A DNA stretch of 28,195 bases from Enhygromyxa sp. (GTDB taxonomy: Bacteria > Myxococcota_A > Polyangia > Nannocystales > Nannocystaceae), in assembly GCA_046484755.1 (NCBI GenBank), contig JAWOII010000250.1, positions 1 through 28,195 on the forward strand, in the 5' to 3' direction. Positions 27,234 through 28,195 of the stretch are shown here, in pieces; the first letter of the stretch is position 1; each line of letters begins with the position of its first letter. The notes below the pieces were generated by a model, which saw only the letters and a list, made by a program, of their open reading frames with translations, was not told where the DNA came from and searched no databases. A program made the translations under genes and the position numbers.

Positions 27234-28195
27234 TGTCCTGAGTCCGTAGTAAGCAAGAAAAGTCACCCGCGCCCGAAGAGGTCCAGCACGCGCTGGCAGT
27301 GGCGGGTGACGGAGGCGATGATCTGGTCGGCGGTCTTGTGCCAGACGAACGGCTGAGGGTCGGAGTTGTGGGCGTCGAGATACTCACGGATCGCTTGCTC
27401 GAGTTCCTCGGTGCTGCGGTGGACACCCTGCTTGATCGCTCGCTCGGTCAACAGGGCGAACCATCGCTCGACCTGGTTGAGCCAGGAGCTGTATGTCGGG
27501 GTGAAGTGAAAGACAAACCGTGGGTGCTTCTTCAGCCAGCGCTGGATCTCGGGAGCGCTGTGCGTGGCGTAGTTGTCGAGGATCAGGTGGACCTCGAGGT
27601 CCTTCGGAACGGCCTTGTCGATGGTGTTGAGGAACTTGCGAAATTCGACGGCTCGGTGCCTGCGGTGGCACTCGCCGATGACCTCGCCGGTGGCAACATC
27701 GAGTGCCGCGAACAGCGTCGTGGTTCCATGACGGAGGTACTGCGGCGTCCGCCGTTTCGGCTGACCGAACAACATCGGGGTTACCGGCTGGCCCCGCTCA
27801 AGCGCCTGAAGCTGCGACTTCTCGTCCACGCACAGCACCATCGCGTTGTCGGGCGGGTTCATGTAGAGCCCGACGACGTCGCGGACCTTTTCAACGAAGA
27901 AGTCGTCGTTGCTCAGCCTGAAGGTCTTCTGCCGATGCGGCTTGAGTTCGAAGGCTCGCCAGACCCGCGACACGCTCGACTGGCTCACGCCCACCTTCCT
28001 GGCAAGCTGCCGGGTCGTCCAGTGAGTCTGACCTGGAGGCGTTGTCTCGAGCGTCGTCCGGATGAGTTCCTCGACGGTCTCGTCGGAAAGCTTCCGGCTC
28101 GTCCTTGGACGAGGAAGATCACTGAGTCCATCGAGCCCGTCGGTGGCGAAGCGCTTGCGCCACTTGGACACGGTGGTCGGTGTGACACCGACTTC
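27234..28195 (-). mobile_element. partial IS630-family insertion sequence (right end plus most of the transposase)
   Basis: The transposase stop at 27263 is only 30 bp from the stop of gene 25914..27233, so the IS terminus and TA target must lie in 27234-27262. The other end is outside the window. Confidence 0.55.
27263..28195 (-). CDS. IS630-family (Tc1/mariner-like) DDE transposase, 5'-truncated by the window edge
   Basis: HLILDNYATHSAPEIQRWL and FTPTYSSWLNQVERWF are typical IS630 DDE-region motifs. The reading frame continues upstream of the track's M through EVGVTPTTVSKWRKRF (the HTH) to the window end, so the N-terminus lies outside the window. Confidence 0.8.
   Translation of the reverse strand, partial: EVGVTPTTVSKWRKRFATDGLDGLSDLPRPRTSRKLSDETVEELIRTTLETTPPGQTHWTTRQLARKVGVSQSSVSRVWRAFELKPHRQKTFRLSNDDFFVEKVRDVVGLYMNPPDNAMVLCVDEKSQLQALERGQPVTPMLFGQPKRRTPQYLRHGTTTLFAALDVATGEVIGECHRRHRAVEFRKFLNTIDKAVPKDLEVHLILDNYATHSAPEIQRWLKKHPRFVFHFTPTYSSWLNQVERWFALLTERAIKQGVHRSTEELEQAIREYLDAHNSDPQPFVWHKTADQIIASVTRHCQRVLDLFGRG

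Overview
Window of 28.2 kb, very GC-rich (about 70% by eye), densely coding on both strands. The gene content (FHA-domain protein, many lipoproteins with simple-repeat linkers, P450, sulfotransferase, IS630 transposase, stressosome-like sensor) points to a myxobacterial (Myxococcota) chromosome segment. I annotate about 27 CDSs, listed here in order. (1) 3' end of an RRM/glycine-rich RNA-binding protein. (2) A translationally coupled three-gene minus-strand operon: RsbR-like PAS/STAS sensor, tandem-V4R protein, 98-aa protein, with ATGA overlaps at both junctions. (3) An Arg-rich hypothetical protein transcribed divergently from that operon. (4) A hipBA toxin-antitoxin pair. (5) A bacterial major vault protein (MVP) homologue of 829 aa, with an alpha/beta-hydrolase lipoprotein immediately upstream. 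(6) fdhD coupled to a small lipoprotein. (7) A low-GC (about 53-62%) two-gene islet: P-loop GTPase-like protein plus a 2-TM protein. (8) A cluster of secreted lipoproteins: two alpha/beta hydrolases and a gluzincin HExxH metalloprotease. (9) A GSP26/PNPOx-like protein. (10) A cytochrome P450. (11) An FHA-domain protein whose C-terminal domain is compositionally atypical. (12) A DUF2278/YukJ-like protein. (13) A polytopic membrane protein. (14) A GST. (15) A sulfotransferase. (16) A secreted Gly-repeat protein. (17) A membrane-anchored hypothetical. (18) A 5'-truncated IS630-family transposase at the window edge. Several in-frame micro- and minisatellites encode low-complexity linkers in secreted proteins. 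Most of the long ORFs in the supplied track are antisense artefacts of the high GC content. The items most worth follow-up are the bacterial vault-protein locus, the non-canonical RsbR-V4R operon, and the low-GC GTPase/membrane-protein islet.
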